Shown in pieces: positions 41,502-51,206 of a stretch of DNA of 64,000 nt. A model generated the notes under the pieces. That model was not told the DNA's origin and did not search any database. It worked only from the letters and a program-made list of their open reading frames with translations. Position 1 is the stretch's first letter. Each line of letters begins with the position of its first letter. A program made the position numbers and the translations under genes. Source of the DNA: Cyanobacteria bacterium P01_F01_bin.150 (GTDB taxonomy: Bacteria; Cyanobacteriota; Cyanobacteriia; CAKZMO01); contig JBCCYL010000019.1 in assembly GCA_039189765.1 (NCBI GenBank), forward strand, positions 22,038 through 86,037. Reading direction: 5' to 3'.

Positions 41502-42695
41502 ATGTCCCATCTATTCGTCACCCACCGTCTTAGAGGCAAACGTTGGCAATATCTGCGTCTTAGTTTAATCGCTATTTTTTTAAGCTTGGTGTTAACTAGT
41601 TTTGGCGCGATCGCCAGCCATGCTCACTGGGCAGACCTGGCCACGATTGAAATTGATGTCCAGTCCTTACACGTAGACGCAACCATTACCCTACCCACCC
41701 AATGGGTATCCTTCGCAGATCAAAATCAAGACCAGCGATTATCTCCGGCTGAAATTCAAAACTCCCGTAATGCGTTAGAAACCTTTTTAAGCGATCGCCT
41801 CCCCTTCACCAATCGCCAGCAACCCGCAGACTCGATCGAGCTGATCATCCCTGAAAGTCTTTTGAACGATAATGCCGAAACGTCCCGTCCTGCCCTTCCG
41901 AATTCGACATCTTCCGCTGCACCAAGCAATACCCATAGTTCTTTAAACTTGCGATATCAGTGGGAGCAGCCAACAGATGACGTGGTCATTACCTACAATC
42001 TGTTTGACGATAACAGAAGTACTGCTCAAGCACTTGGGACCATTGTGCAGTCAAGAGGGAATGGCGATCGCAACCAACCCTCCACTCACCATGTAGTGTT
42101 TACGGCGGAGTCCCCAACCTTCGCATTGGCAACAGTTCAATCCCAAGGACGACAATTCTTTGATTTCTTGCGCTTAGGCATGGGCCACATTCTTACGGGA
42201 TACGATCACATTTTGTTCCTCATTAGTTTATTGGTTGTTGGGGGCGGCTTACGGGAACTTTGGAAAGTGGTCACGGCCTTCACTCTGGCCCATTCAGTGA
42301 CGTTATCCTTAGCTGCACTTAATCTTGTCAGCCTGCCCTCGGTGTGGATAGAACGAGCGATCGCCCTATCGCTAATTTATGTGGCCGCAGAAAACATCTT
42401 TCGACAATCGATTACCCATCGTTGGCAATTAACCTTTGTTTGTGGTCTGATTCATGGGTTAGGGTTTGCCGGAATTTTGCAAGACCTGAATCTGTCCACT
42501 GTTAATCTACCCTTGGTAATCACTGGCTTTAACCTCGGTATTGAAATTGGGCAGTTAGTCATCATTTCTGTGACCTTCATCGTTTTGCAATGGCTACGGA
42601 ACCAATCATGGTCTATGAAGATTCGTTACTTGGTTTCATGGAGTACTGGTGCAATGGGTTGCCTATTCTTGATCCAGCGTTTTTCGATTAGTTAA
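41502..42695 (+). CDS. HupE/UreJ-family membrane protein with a periplasmic N-domain
   Basis: Signal ending ASHAH; GMGHILTGYDHILFL, VTAFTLAHSVTL, GLIHGLGFA and FNLGIEIGQL. ATG at 41502 preferred because the upstream extension runs through repeats. Confidence 0.88.
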   Translation: MSHLFVTHRLRGKRWQYLRLSLIAIFLSLVLTSFGAIASHAHWADLATIEIDVQSLHVDATITLPTQWVSFADQNQDQRLSPAEIQNSRNALETFLSDRLPFTNRQQPADSIELIIPESLLNDNAETSRPALPNSTSSAAPSNTHSSLNLRYQWEQPTDDVVITYNLFDDNRSTAQALGTIVQSRGNGDRNQPSTHHVVFTAESPTFALATVQSQGRQFFDFLRLGMGHILTGYDHILFLISLLVVGGGLRELWKVVTAFTLAHSVTLSLAALNLVSLPSVWIERAIALSLIYVAAENIFRQSITHRWQLTFVCGLIHGLGFAGILQDLNLSTVNLPLVITGFNLGIEIGQLVIISVTFIVLQWLRNQSWSMKIRYLVSWSTGAMGCLFLIQRFSIS

Positions 42696-42770
42696 ACCTA
42701 AAATTTCCTGAGTAAGGCAAGCTTGATGGGTTAGTCTGGAGAATGGCGTTTAAAGAGAGATTAAGCAGCA

Positions 42771-44075
42771 TTGTATTTGGAGACGTTACCCACACCCCTG
42801 CCATTGAGGAACTTTTCACGTTTTACCGGCCCTATTCTGGATCCTTACCGTTGGCCCTTTGACTTTAACCTACTGCCGCCTTCTAGTTTTTTGGTCGGTG
42901 GTAGTGTTCGAGACGCGCTACTGGGCAGACAGTCGGATCATATCGATTTGGACTTTGTGATGCCGGAAGGGGCGGTTGAAACAGCACGGGCGATCGCCAC
43001 CCACTATAAAGCGGGCTTTGTGCTGTTGGATGCAAGACGTAATATTGCCAGGGTTGTATTTGAAGACGCTACGGCAGACTTTGCACAGCAGGTAGGCGAC
43101 AGTTTAGAAGTTGACCTATGGCGACGGGATTTTACGGTGAATGCGATCGCCTACAATCCACGCACAAAGGAGCTTTATGATCCGCTGGAGGGCTACGAAG
43201 ACCTGCAACGAGGCATTATTCGAATGATTTCAGACAGAAATTTAAAGGATGATCCGCTTCGGCTATTGCGCGCCTATCGTCAATCTGCTCAGCTTGGATT
43301 TGTCTTAGAAATCAATACTCGTCACCATATTTGTGAGTTAGCGCCACTACTAAAGAATATTGCGCCAGAGCGGGTACACGCTGAACTGAGTTATTTACTA
43401 AGCAGCGATCAAGGCACACCAATGCTTACCCAAGCTTGGTCTGATGGCTTATTAAATGCTTGGCTACCTAAAACTTCTACCCTCGGTGTTTCAACAATTC
43501 AGGCCATTGATCAGGCGTTCTCATTGATGATCCGTCATTGCTCAGCATTTGAATCTGTGTTGAAAGGCTGGGTCACGAATCAACAACAAGCCGCAGGAGC
43601 AGGCCGCAGTTGGTTAAAGACTACTAAATTAGCCTGTTTAGTATCCACTAATGACCATAGAGCAGAACAGCAGCTTTGGAAGCTTAAATGTAGTAGAGCT
43701 GAGGTCCAAACCGTTCTGACAATTCTTCGCTGGTTACCTCATTTGCAGGAATATGGCACATTGCCTACAACACCCAAAGAGCAATTTTTCTTTTTTAGGG
43801 ATGTTGAAATGGCCTTTCCTGCCGTGATTTTAATGGCCCTTGCTTTAGGTCAAAATCTTGAGGTAGTGACTCAAATGATTCAATATTTTCTAAATTTAGA
43901 TAGTCCAATTGCCTATCCCAATCCGCTTTTAAAGGGATCGGAATTAATCCAAACCCTGAATTTAAAACCCGGTCCTGCCATTGGTCAACTACTAGAAAAA
44001 TTATGTGTCGCGCATGCAGAAGGTTTGATTTCTAATCATGATGAAGCATTGGGATATGTTAAAAAAATAGTCTAG
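42771..44075 (+). CDS. tRNA nucleotidyltransferase (probably the CC-adding type)
   Basis: LVGGSVRD..LG...DLD, DLWRRDFTVNA and DDPLRLLRAYR; very short segment before RRD (DFAQQVGDSLEVDLW) and no CBS/DHH domains. Confidence 0.88.
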   Translation: MYLETLPTPLPLRNFSRFTGPILDPYRWPFDFNLLPPSSFLVGGSVRDALLGRQSDHIDLDFVMPEGAVETARAIATHYKAGFVLLDARRNIARVVFEDATADFAQQVGDSLEVDLWRRDFTVNAIAYNPRTKELYDPLEGYEDLQRGIIRMISDRNLKDDPLRLLRAYRQSAQLGFVLEINTRHHICELAPLLKNIAPERVHAELSYLLSSDQGTPMLTQAWSDGLLNAWLPKTSTLGVSTIQAIDQAFSLMIRHCSAFESVLKGWVTNQQQAAGAGRSWLKTTKLACLVSTNDHRAEQQLWKLKCSRAEVQTVLTILRWLPHLQEYGTLPTTPKEQFFFFRDVEMAFPAVILMALALGQNLEVVTQMIQYFLNLDSPIAYPNPLLKGSELIQTLNLKPGPAIGQLLEKLCVAHAEGLISNHDEALGYVKKIV

Positions 44076-44164
44076 ACCTATGTGCTTCGAATAGGAGTAC
44101 TCAAAATAGTTATACATATTACTTTAAATTCTCCTAAGAAACACGACGTGTTTCTTGCATTTTG

Positions 44165-44199
44165 AACGAATTGTGTCGGCGAGGCCGACACAATTCGTT
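44165..44199. repeat. Perfect 16-bp hairpin (family-B-like)
   Basis: AACGAATTGTGTCGGC-GAG-GCCGACACAATTCGTT; a second hairpin TGCCTATCTTC...GAAGATAGGCA follows at ~44217-44246. Confidence 0.65.
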
Positions 44200-44814
44200 A
44201 GAGGCTCCTAAGAAAATGCCTATCTTCCTAAGTAAGAAGATAGGCAGGTCATCCTTGTATCCAAACTTGTTCTTCTTAAAGGAGAAATATTTTCAAGTAA
44301 GAATTTCCCCATTCAAGAAACCTTCGATCCCAATAGCTGGGATAGTTAGAGGCTATGGCTTTCTCGCTTGCCCCTAATAAATACAGCTATACAGCTCACC
44401 TAGGCTCTAGCTGATACGATAAATAACAAACTTCTGTAATCAAGCCTAAAGCTATTCACCTCATTTCGAGCTAAAAGCCTTCTAAATTCTCCTATAGTTC
44501 TTAAATTAACTAATCCAGGAGAAGAAACAATCTTCTCCTAGATACCTATAATTTCTCTGTAAAATTAACTACTAGTACAGTGCCTTACCTTAAGAGTCTT
44601 GCGTAGAGGGGGATTTAGCGTTACCAAAAATAAAACGCTCAGCACTAACCTTACTCATCTCTAATCTTAGTGTACACGGTAGATAAGGCTGCACCATATC
44701 ATTTTCATGAATTCTTTGTAATGTTTTTTTGTGTCCGCAACGCCCAAGCCGCTATCGTAGCTTTCAGCACACTAGGCCGAAGGGAAACAGGCACGAGCAA
44801 ATAACTGAAACATA

Positions 44815-45012
44815 GGGGACTCTAGGGGACTCTGAGAACCTCTGGAAACCGGGAGCTTCAAAACCCATAGAATTCCAGAACTCTATGAATCGAATGGGAC
44901 TCTAGGGGACTCCGGAGACTTGAGGATTGAAGACTCAGAGGGGCTAGGACTCTGGGACTCTGGGACTCCCTTGGAGACTCCAGACCGTCAAGAAATCGAG
45001 GACTCTGACTCT
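44815..45012. repeat. Array of GGGACTC(T/C) short repeats
   Basis: The 17-mer GGGACTCTAGGGGACTC at 44816 and 44896; GGACTCTG tandem at 44947-44969; further GACTC units. Confidence 0.65.
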
Positions 45013-45246
45013 CATGACGATATCAATAGTGTGAATCAAAAGCTTAGGAAAAAAAATATGGAAATAGTCAGGTTCTTCAGGTTTTAACTTTCAGTTTTTT
45101 CAGATATTGCTATGTTTTTTTCAGTTTTATGATTTAAAGCATATATACATGTGCTTTAAATCACTTGTTGCCTGAAAAGCCACCCAATTGATGCTGGATA
45201 TTCACTCTCCAGTTGGTTGACAAAGATTTTTTGATAATAGGGCTAA

Positions 45247-45780
45247 TTAATCAGGTTTGAACGGAGCTGTCACAATAACAAAAATTGCCGGACGCAAGGG
45301 TTGTCTCAATGCGGACCAAAATCCAGCGATGTCAGATGGTGACTGCAACGAAAGAGACAGTGATTCATCTCCCTGCAACGTCGGCTCCAAAAATTCTTCA
45401 GGAATAGGACTATGCTTCATCAATGCGGCTAACGCTTCAGACAGTAGCTCTTGCATTCCCAGGGATGTTTGGTTGTGAGCTGTGACCACAAACGCCACAT
45501 CAAACCATAACAAACCTGAACACAGATCAGGAGGATTTCTATCTGTAGAGACCAATGACTGAGTCTGTGCATCGGTTGCAGAGGAATTCGAAACGGGCGA
45601 TCGCCCATATGACGATGAGCGTCTTATGCTGGATTGACGAACATCATAAAAGTATAAGTTCAAGCCAGTTTTTAGCTCTGACACAGTATCGGGCACAGAT
45701 AAACTGATTTGGTCTAATCTAGTAAGCGAAGTCCCAACTACTAGAATATTAGCCAATGTTTGAGCAATAGCAGGAATCAT
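45247..45780 (-). CDS. Pvc16/DUF4255-like protein (family associated with contractile injection systems)
   Basis: LNLYFYDVR, WFDVAFVVTA, LLSEALAAL and FWSALRQPLRPAIFVIVT. Confidence 0.75.
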   Translation of the reverse strand: MIPAIAQTLANILVVGTSLTRLDQISLSVPDTVSELKTGLNLYFYDVRQSSIRRSSSYGRSPVSNSSATDAQTQSLVSTDRNPPDLCSGLLWFDVAFVVTAHNQTSLGMQELLSEALAALMKHSPIPEEFLEPTLQGDESLSLSLQSPSDIAGFWSALRQPLRPAIFVIVTAPFKPD

Positions 45781-45817
45781 AAAAGAAGCCAATAGAATAG
45801 TCGCTTAATAAATCTTA

Positions 45818-45897
45818 GAGTATCAACTTAAGGTGGGAAATGGGGGCGCGTCGCGCCCCCATTTCCCACAAACCTGTTCCACCTTACGTTGGAATCC
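45818..45897 (+). repeat. ~80-bp dispersed element (family A)
   Basis: GAGTATCAACTTAAG-GTGGGAAATGGGGGCGCG TCGCGCCCCCATTTCCCAC-...GTTCCACCTTACGTTGGAATCC. Confidence 0.75.
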
Positions 45898-46062
45898 GAA
45901 TCTTAAAATAATTACTGTTTGAATGATTTAGATAAATTAAATCTTCTCTGTAAATCAAATACCTTATTCAGATTAATCGACCAACAAGTAGAATTTACAT
46001 TGGCCATTGGTCGATACTAACACTAACGATTAATCAAGGTCGCTAAAAGATGTAGCCAGGTA

Positions 46063-46135
46063 GAGTTATATTCAACGGTGTGAGCGCGAAGCACATCAAC
46101 TGTCGGTTATTCTATTTCGGCTAAAACCAAAACCC
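46063..46135 (+). repeat. Family A element, highly degenerate
   Basis: Ends in TTATTCTATTTCGGCTAAAACCAAAACCC, like the 3' end of family A. Confidence 0.4.
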
Positions 46136-46431
46136 AGTACGAAAGACAACTGCAAAATGGGTTAACAAATAGATTATTTTTTCTAATATCTTTACAAATA
46201 AATTAAGTTTAAGACCTTATCTAAATAAGCTGATAAGAGTCACAGGCTCAAATTTACCCAGTTTTTGCGGAGAACCCGGAAAAGGTCCAAAGCCGCGCTT
46301 AACTTTCTCCTTGTATATACGGATGGATTTTAGTCGAATTTCCGGAAAAGTACTGAAGTAGCAAAGTTTCACTAGCGCTGAATGGTTCCTGTTGGTAGCT
46401 GTTTATTAATGTCTATATTGATCCTATCGCT

Positions 46432-47490
46432 ATGATCAATTTATGTTTTTCCCAGCTGTATCCCCCCATTCTGGAGCAAGTTTCCCAACGCTTAGTTCCT
46501 AAGGTGAACCAGCTTGTTTACTGCAATTGGCAGGATAAAGAACGAGCCATCATTAATTTTGAAGATAGAAATGTATCTAAATTAGGGACTAATAATGATA
46601 AAACCAGTTATTTAGAACCAGAGCAATGGTGGTCTGACTATCTAGTACCTGGAAAAATCCAAGAAATGTCATTAGGGTCAGAAAGTGCCTATATTTATCC
46701 ATTTGGAGCCATTCCTTTCTATCAGTATTGGTTGCTTTTATTAAATAGAACACTTACCCAAGAAGAGCGATCGCATCTTCAAAAGCAGGGCGAGCAGCTA
46801 CACCAATATTTAGAGCTTTATCGAAAAAACCAGCAGCAAGCAGCCAAAATTAAACTTTTAGAGCATGTTATTCAACGAACACAGCATCAGCTTCGCCATC
46901 CTCTTAGCTTAATCAAACTATATGCCAGTAACTTACAGCAAGAATTGCCCCATACAAGCCACCAAGCTCAGGCAAATACGATTTACAGCGTTGCTGATGA
47001 ACTGAGTGAGCATCTCTCAGATTTATTAGCCTATGGTGAAGGTGATTTTTTATCTCTTAACAGTCATAATTTACGCGACATACTGATTAAATCTATTGAA
47101 TCTCTTCAACCATTACTTCAAGAATATGGAGTAATGGTTGATTATCCTGATAGAGATGCGATCGCCTATATTGATGCTTGGAAAATCAAGCAAGTCTTTG
47201 ACAATTTATTAAGTAATGCAATTTACTTTAGCCCAGAAGGGAGCCATATTATATGGGATTGGCAAGTTTTCCAAAATGAAATTTTAGTCTCTATCACCGA
47301 TCAAGGCCCAGGTTTATCGGATCTTGACCTATGTCATCTTTTTCAGCCTTTTTACTCTAATCGCCAAAGTGGCCAAGGCCTTGGATTAGCCATTGCGCGC
47401 AAAATTATATTGGATCACAAAGGGCATCTATGGGCCGCAAACTGTCGAGCAGGCGGGGCCAGGTTTTCATTTTCCATTCCCACCGCGTAA
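46432..47490 (+). CDS. Sensor histidine kinase (cytoplasmic, HisKA + HATPase)
   Basis: H-box HQLRHPLS, N-box NLLSNAI, DQGPG and GLGLAI; no obvious TM helix. Confidence 0.9.
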   Translation: MINLCFSQLYPPILEQVSQRLVPKVNQLVYCNWQDKERAIINFEDRNVSKLGTNNDKTSYLEPEQWWSDYLVPGKIQEMSLGSESAYIYPFGAIPFYQYWLLLLNRTLTQEERSHLQKQGEQLHQYLELYRKNQQQAAKIKLLEHVIQRTQHQLRHPLSLIKLYASNLQQELPHTSHQAQANTIYSVADELSEHLSDLLAYGEGDFLSLNSHNLRDILIKSIESLQPLLQEYGVMVDYPDRDAIAYIDAWKIKQVFDNLLSNAIYFSPEGSHIIWDWQVFQNEILVSITDQGPGLSDLDLCHLFQPFYSNRQSGQGLGLAIARKIILDHKGHLWAANCRAGGARFSFSIPTA

Positions 47491-47573
47491 AAGAGCTTGA
47501 TTAAGTCAATACGGCAATAAAGATAAAGCCAAAGTTTAGTGGCTACCTATAAGAAATCGTTTAGGAGAACACC

Positions 47574-48464
47574 ATGCGTCAACTGCTTGACCCTTTCGCG
47601 AATAGCGTTTCAAAAAATAACATATCTCTTCATCCATCCCCAGAGATGTCAGCAGCGTCGCCACAGATAAAATCCAAGCATAAAGAGACCGAGGCTCCAA
47701 TCCCTAACACCCCTGGTTCTCCACAATCCTTTTCTTCACTATTAGCCACTCCATCTCCTTTTTCCCTACAGGCACCACCAACACCGACACTTAATCGGCA
47801 AACCGTTTCTATTTTACTAGTTGATGATGATGCGCGTTTCCGGCAAGGCATTCGCACTCTTTTAGGCTTTTGTGGAGATAAAGGCAACTACAACTTTGTC
47901 GTGGTTGGGGAAGCCGCATCTGGCAGACAAGCTCTTGAGCTGGTTAAAGAACAACATCCAATGCTAGTGATATTAGATGTTGAACTCACTCAGGGCAAAA
48001 TTGATGGCATCGAGGTACTGTCAGAATTACAAAAACAACCCAATAGGCCAAAAACACTAATGATGTCGGCCCATCAGGAAGATGACGTAATCTTTAGATG
48101 CATGCAGGCTGGGGCCTTTGGATATGTGCCTAAATCTCAGATTGCAGAACAGCTTTATAAAGCACTAACGACTGTACTACAAGACCAGGTTTATCTGGGG
48201 GCAACGAGTGCAACAGCCTTTTTCCGGATCTTTCATTTCCATGCTGGGCGATCGCTCCGTGCTTGTCAGGCCATCCATCTTAGTCCTCGTGAACATGAGG
48301 TTCTATCGTTCTTAGTAGAAGGATACTCCAACGAAACCATCGCAAAGTCCCTATATATTTCCGTTGCTACGGTGAAGGCCCATCTCACCTCTGTTTTTGA
48401 AAAGCTAAGCGTTAAGAGCCGTACGCAAGCAATTGTCGCGGCCTTGAAATTAGGGCTAGTCTAA
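47574..48464 (+). CDS. NarL/LuxR-family response regulator
   Basis: ILLVDDD, VILDV, GAFGYVPK and LSPREHEVL...SNETIA..L.IS..TVK.H; Pro/Ser-rich N-extension, so start uncertain. Confidence 0.92.
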   Translation: MRQLLDPFANSVSKNNISLHPSPEMSAASPQIKSKHKETEAPIPNTPGSPQSFSSLLATPSPFSLQAPPTPTLNRQTVSILLVDDDARFRQGIRTLLGFCGDKGNYNFVVVGEAASGRQALELVKEQHPMLVILDVELTQGKIDGIEVLSELQKQPNRPKTLMMSAHQEDDVIFRCMQAGAFGYVPKSQIAEQLYKALTTVLQDQVYLGATSATAFFRIFHFHAGRSLRACQAIHLSPREHEVLSFLVEGYSNETIAKSLYISVATVKAHLTSVFEKLSVKSRTQAIVAALKLGLV

Positions 48465-48531
48465 ATTGCAGGGATCACCCAGAAATTGCATTCCATGAAT
48501 AATCATTGCTTATCGTTGCAGTCAAATTAAG

Positions 48532-49416
48532 TTAACCAAAATTCTGCCAAGCTAATTTTGCAGCTCCCACCATTCCAGCCTGATTTCCCAACGAAGCCCG
48601 TAATAGTTTTAAGTTCGGTCGTGACGTTGGTAAAACCCGCCGTTCAATTTCAGATTGGGCGGCGGGCAGAAAAAACTCACAGCTTGCACTGACGCCGCCG
48701 CCAATGATAATCGCTTCTGGTGTCAACACGTAAAGTAAACTAGCCAACCCTGCTCCTAATTCCTGCCCATAGGTTTGCCAAAAAGCAATCGCTTTTTCAT
48801 CACCCAATTCAGCGCGATCGCCCAATTCTTTTGGCTCTAACCCTGTTCGTCGGCGAATGGCAGGAACGGACAAATACTGCTCCATTGATCCATTATTACC
48901 ACTGTTGCACTGGGGACCATTGGGATTCAGCGTAATTAATCCCAATTCGCCAGCCGTGCCGTGATGTCCTGTAAACAGATTGCCATTGAGAATAATTGCC
49001 CCTCCCACTCCTGTTCCAAGGGTGAGTAGAATCAAATTTTGATAGTCTGTTCCAGCCCCCAGCCAAAATTCCCCTAGTCCTGCACAGTTGGCATCGTTGG
49101 CTAAAATTACCGGGCGATTGCATCGCTTTTCTAGCCATGAGGCCACTGAAATATTCACCCAACCCTCTAAATTAATGGCCACGGTGGCAATGCGCCCTGA
49201 TACATCGGTAGGTCCAGGGGTGCCGATGCCAATTGCGCCTGCAACGTTGTAGGGATCGAGTTGAGCGATCGCCTCTACAAATTTTTCCAAGACAGCATTT
49301 GGTTGGGCCGGTTGGGGGGTATCCACCGTCAGGGATTGCAGACATTCACCCCTGCGATTGAACCGCCCCAGTTTAATCGCGGTTCCTCCCAAATCAATAC
49401 CAATAACTTGTTCCAT
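48532..49416 (-). CDS. ROK-family sugar kinase (glucokinase-like)
   Basis: GIDLGGT, ANDANCAGLGE, TLGTGVGG, GELG and CNSGNNGSME. Confidence 0.92.
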   Translation of the reverse strand: MEQVIGIDLGGTAIKLGRFNRRGECLQSLTVDTPQPAQPNAVLEKFVEAIAQLDPYNVAGAIGIGTPGPTDVSGRIATVAINLEGWVNISVASWLEKRCNRPVILANDANCAGLGEFWLGAGTDYQNLILLTLGTGVGGAIILNGNLFTGHHGTAGELGLITLNPNGPQCNSGNNGSMEQYLSVPAIRRRTGLEPKELGDRAELGDEKAIAFWQTYGQELGAGLASLLYVLTPEAIIIGGGVSASCEFFLPAAQSEIERRVLPTSRPNLKLLRASLGNQAGMVGAAKLAWQNFG

Positions 49417-50034
49417 GGCAACTTGCGCTCTCTACTTAGTCAAGTTCTTAGCCTATCGCAAAGTCCATGTATTGCCGTATCACTGAAGAATGCAAGAAAA
49501 GAAAGCTGCCCGGCATTGACTCGACACCGTTGTTTCATTAGCCCAGACAACTAAATGGCATATTGCCAGAAGCTGGTGCATCATTTGCGATGGCTCGTTG
49601 CTACTAATGGAAAAGGATACGGTCATATATATGTAACATCTGCCCATCGATTGCTTTAGAGAGAGCCTATATTTTAAGCTGTGCCATGGTGTGCTCCCTG
49701 CTCCACAACACAGTTAATGCCTTGCCAGCGTAAAATACAAGCCTCAAAGAGAAGCGATGAAGTCAGTAAAGACCTATCAATCGGTAGACTGGACTGGGAT
49801 AAGAGTACGATACACTCTGTTGCTGAGGGAGACATAAATCTAGTTAGTTAAAAGTTCTTTACTATACTGATTTTACCAGTTTGAAGACCTCTAATCTAAA
49901 ATTTAATGAGACCATTTAGACAACAGAAAAAATTATATTCACTCTCATAATCTAAATATTTTTATTTATTTTATCCATAATTTAGATTGATCTGGAATTA
50001 TTTTATAATCAATAAAAAATCGCACCGCTGAATA

Positions 50035-51030
50035 ATGAATATTATCAAAATTGGCATATTTCTTCCCCAGAAAAATCGTGAAAATGATCATGGATCAATC
50101 CATAAACCTTTATCTAATCGAATGCCAAATCAAGAAATACAAACCCTGATAAGTCTAATTGTTAATAGTGGAAAATTTGAATTATTTGAGATCAATAACT
50201 TCGAGGAATTAATTATATTTAATAACTCTGTTTTTCATGAAAGTACTAATTTAAGCAATGCTTTAGATGTCTTGTTTTGGTTTGGGGAAATCGGCAGAGG
50301 AGAGCAGAATTACTCCTTAGATATTTTAAAGGTAATTTCCCAAGCAGTAACAGTAATACCTAATCCTTATAGTTTTGAAATTGGATTGGATAAATACCTA
50401 TCTCATTTAACCTTAAAATCACAAGGGGTAAATGTTGCTGATTTTGTGTTGATAACCAATAAAAATTTCCATCTTGCACGCCCCATTTTAGATGAATGGG
50501 GATATGGACTTCTCAAACCTAGAAAAGGCGGATTTGGGAAAGGCGTAACGTTAATTGATAGCTTCTCAATGTTGCGTGATGTCGTTGAATATATAGAAAG
50601 TATTAATGGTTTGACAAATGAAGGGATGCTATTAGAGCGATACTATGACAATAGTCTTGATAAGTTTGTGAGTGTAACTCTTGTGGATGGTGAGATAATG
50701 TATGGGTACCGTAAGCGCCCTTCTAAAGTCACAGATTTAGGGAATGGACTGCAAAAAGTTTATGACGCGAATGAGATTGGTGGTGAAGTAGATATCTGTG
50801 ATGTCTTACCAGCACATGAAATCCAGGCATTAAGAGCAAACGATGCTATCGGGTCAGAAGTAATCGGATTTGATATGGTTTGGCACAACGGTCAGCCTAT
50901 TATTGTTGATGAAAACACGTTCCCAGGCATTTATGTTGATCTCTTCAAACAAAAAGGAATATCTTTAGCGGAAAAGATGTATCATCTAATTCTCAGAAGA
51001 GTTTATTCAAAATTTGATGTTCTTTACTGA
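50035..51030 (+). CDS. ATP-grasp ligase (RimK/LysX-like)
   Basis: DKYLSHLTL, LLKPRKGGFGKGV, LLERY, IGFDMV and IVDENTFPG; visibly AT-rich. Confidence 0.85.
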   Translation: MNIIKIGIFLPQKNRENDHGSIHKPLSNRMPNQEIQTLISLIVNSGKFELFEINNFEELIIFNNSVFHESTNLSNALDVLFWFGEIGRGEQNYSLDILKVISQAVTVIPNPYSFEIGLDKYLSHLTLKSQGVNVADFVLITNKNFHLARPILDEWGYGLLKPRKGGFGKGVTLIDSFSMLRDVVEYIESINGLTNEGMLLERYYDNSLDKFVSVTLVDGEIMYGYRKRPSKVTDLGNGLQKVYDANEIGGEVDICDVLPAHEIQALRANDAIGSEVIGFDMVWHNGQPIIVDENTFPGIYVDLFKQKGISLAEKMYHLILRRVYSKFDVLY

Positions 51031-51206
51031 GGTTTTTCACTATATATTTCACAAGTACATAGCGGAGTTTGACGAGCTGACGAGATAGGCTGAAAGGCAC
51101 TTAATCTGAATTCTATGGCTATTCTATGCCTGAGAATAATATTCGAGAATTTAAGCCTGCTGTGATGATCCTCTTTAACTGATATATGTCGGCAAGGAGC
51201 TAAGTA

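Noticed and set aside
44330..44810. Possible riboswitch-like segments in the long gap
   Set aside because: Only fragmentary resemblance to c-di-GMP-type motifs; no complete consensus could be traced without a covariance search.
49417..51206. Graspetide/RiPP precursor or LysW-like carrier near the ATP-grasp gene
   Set aside because: The short ORFs I translated (near 49555 and 51115-51182) lack microviridin-type or acidic EDWGE-like motifs.
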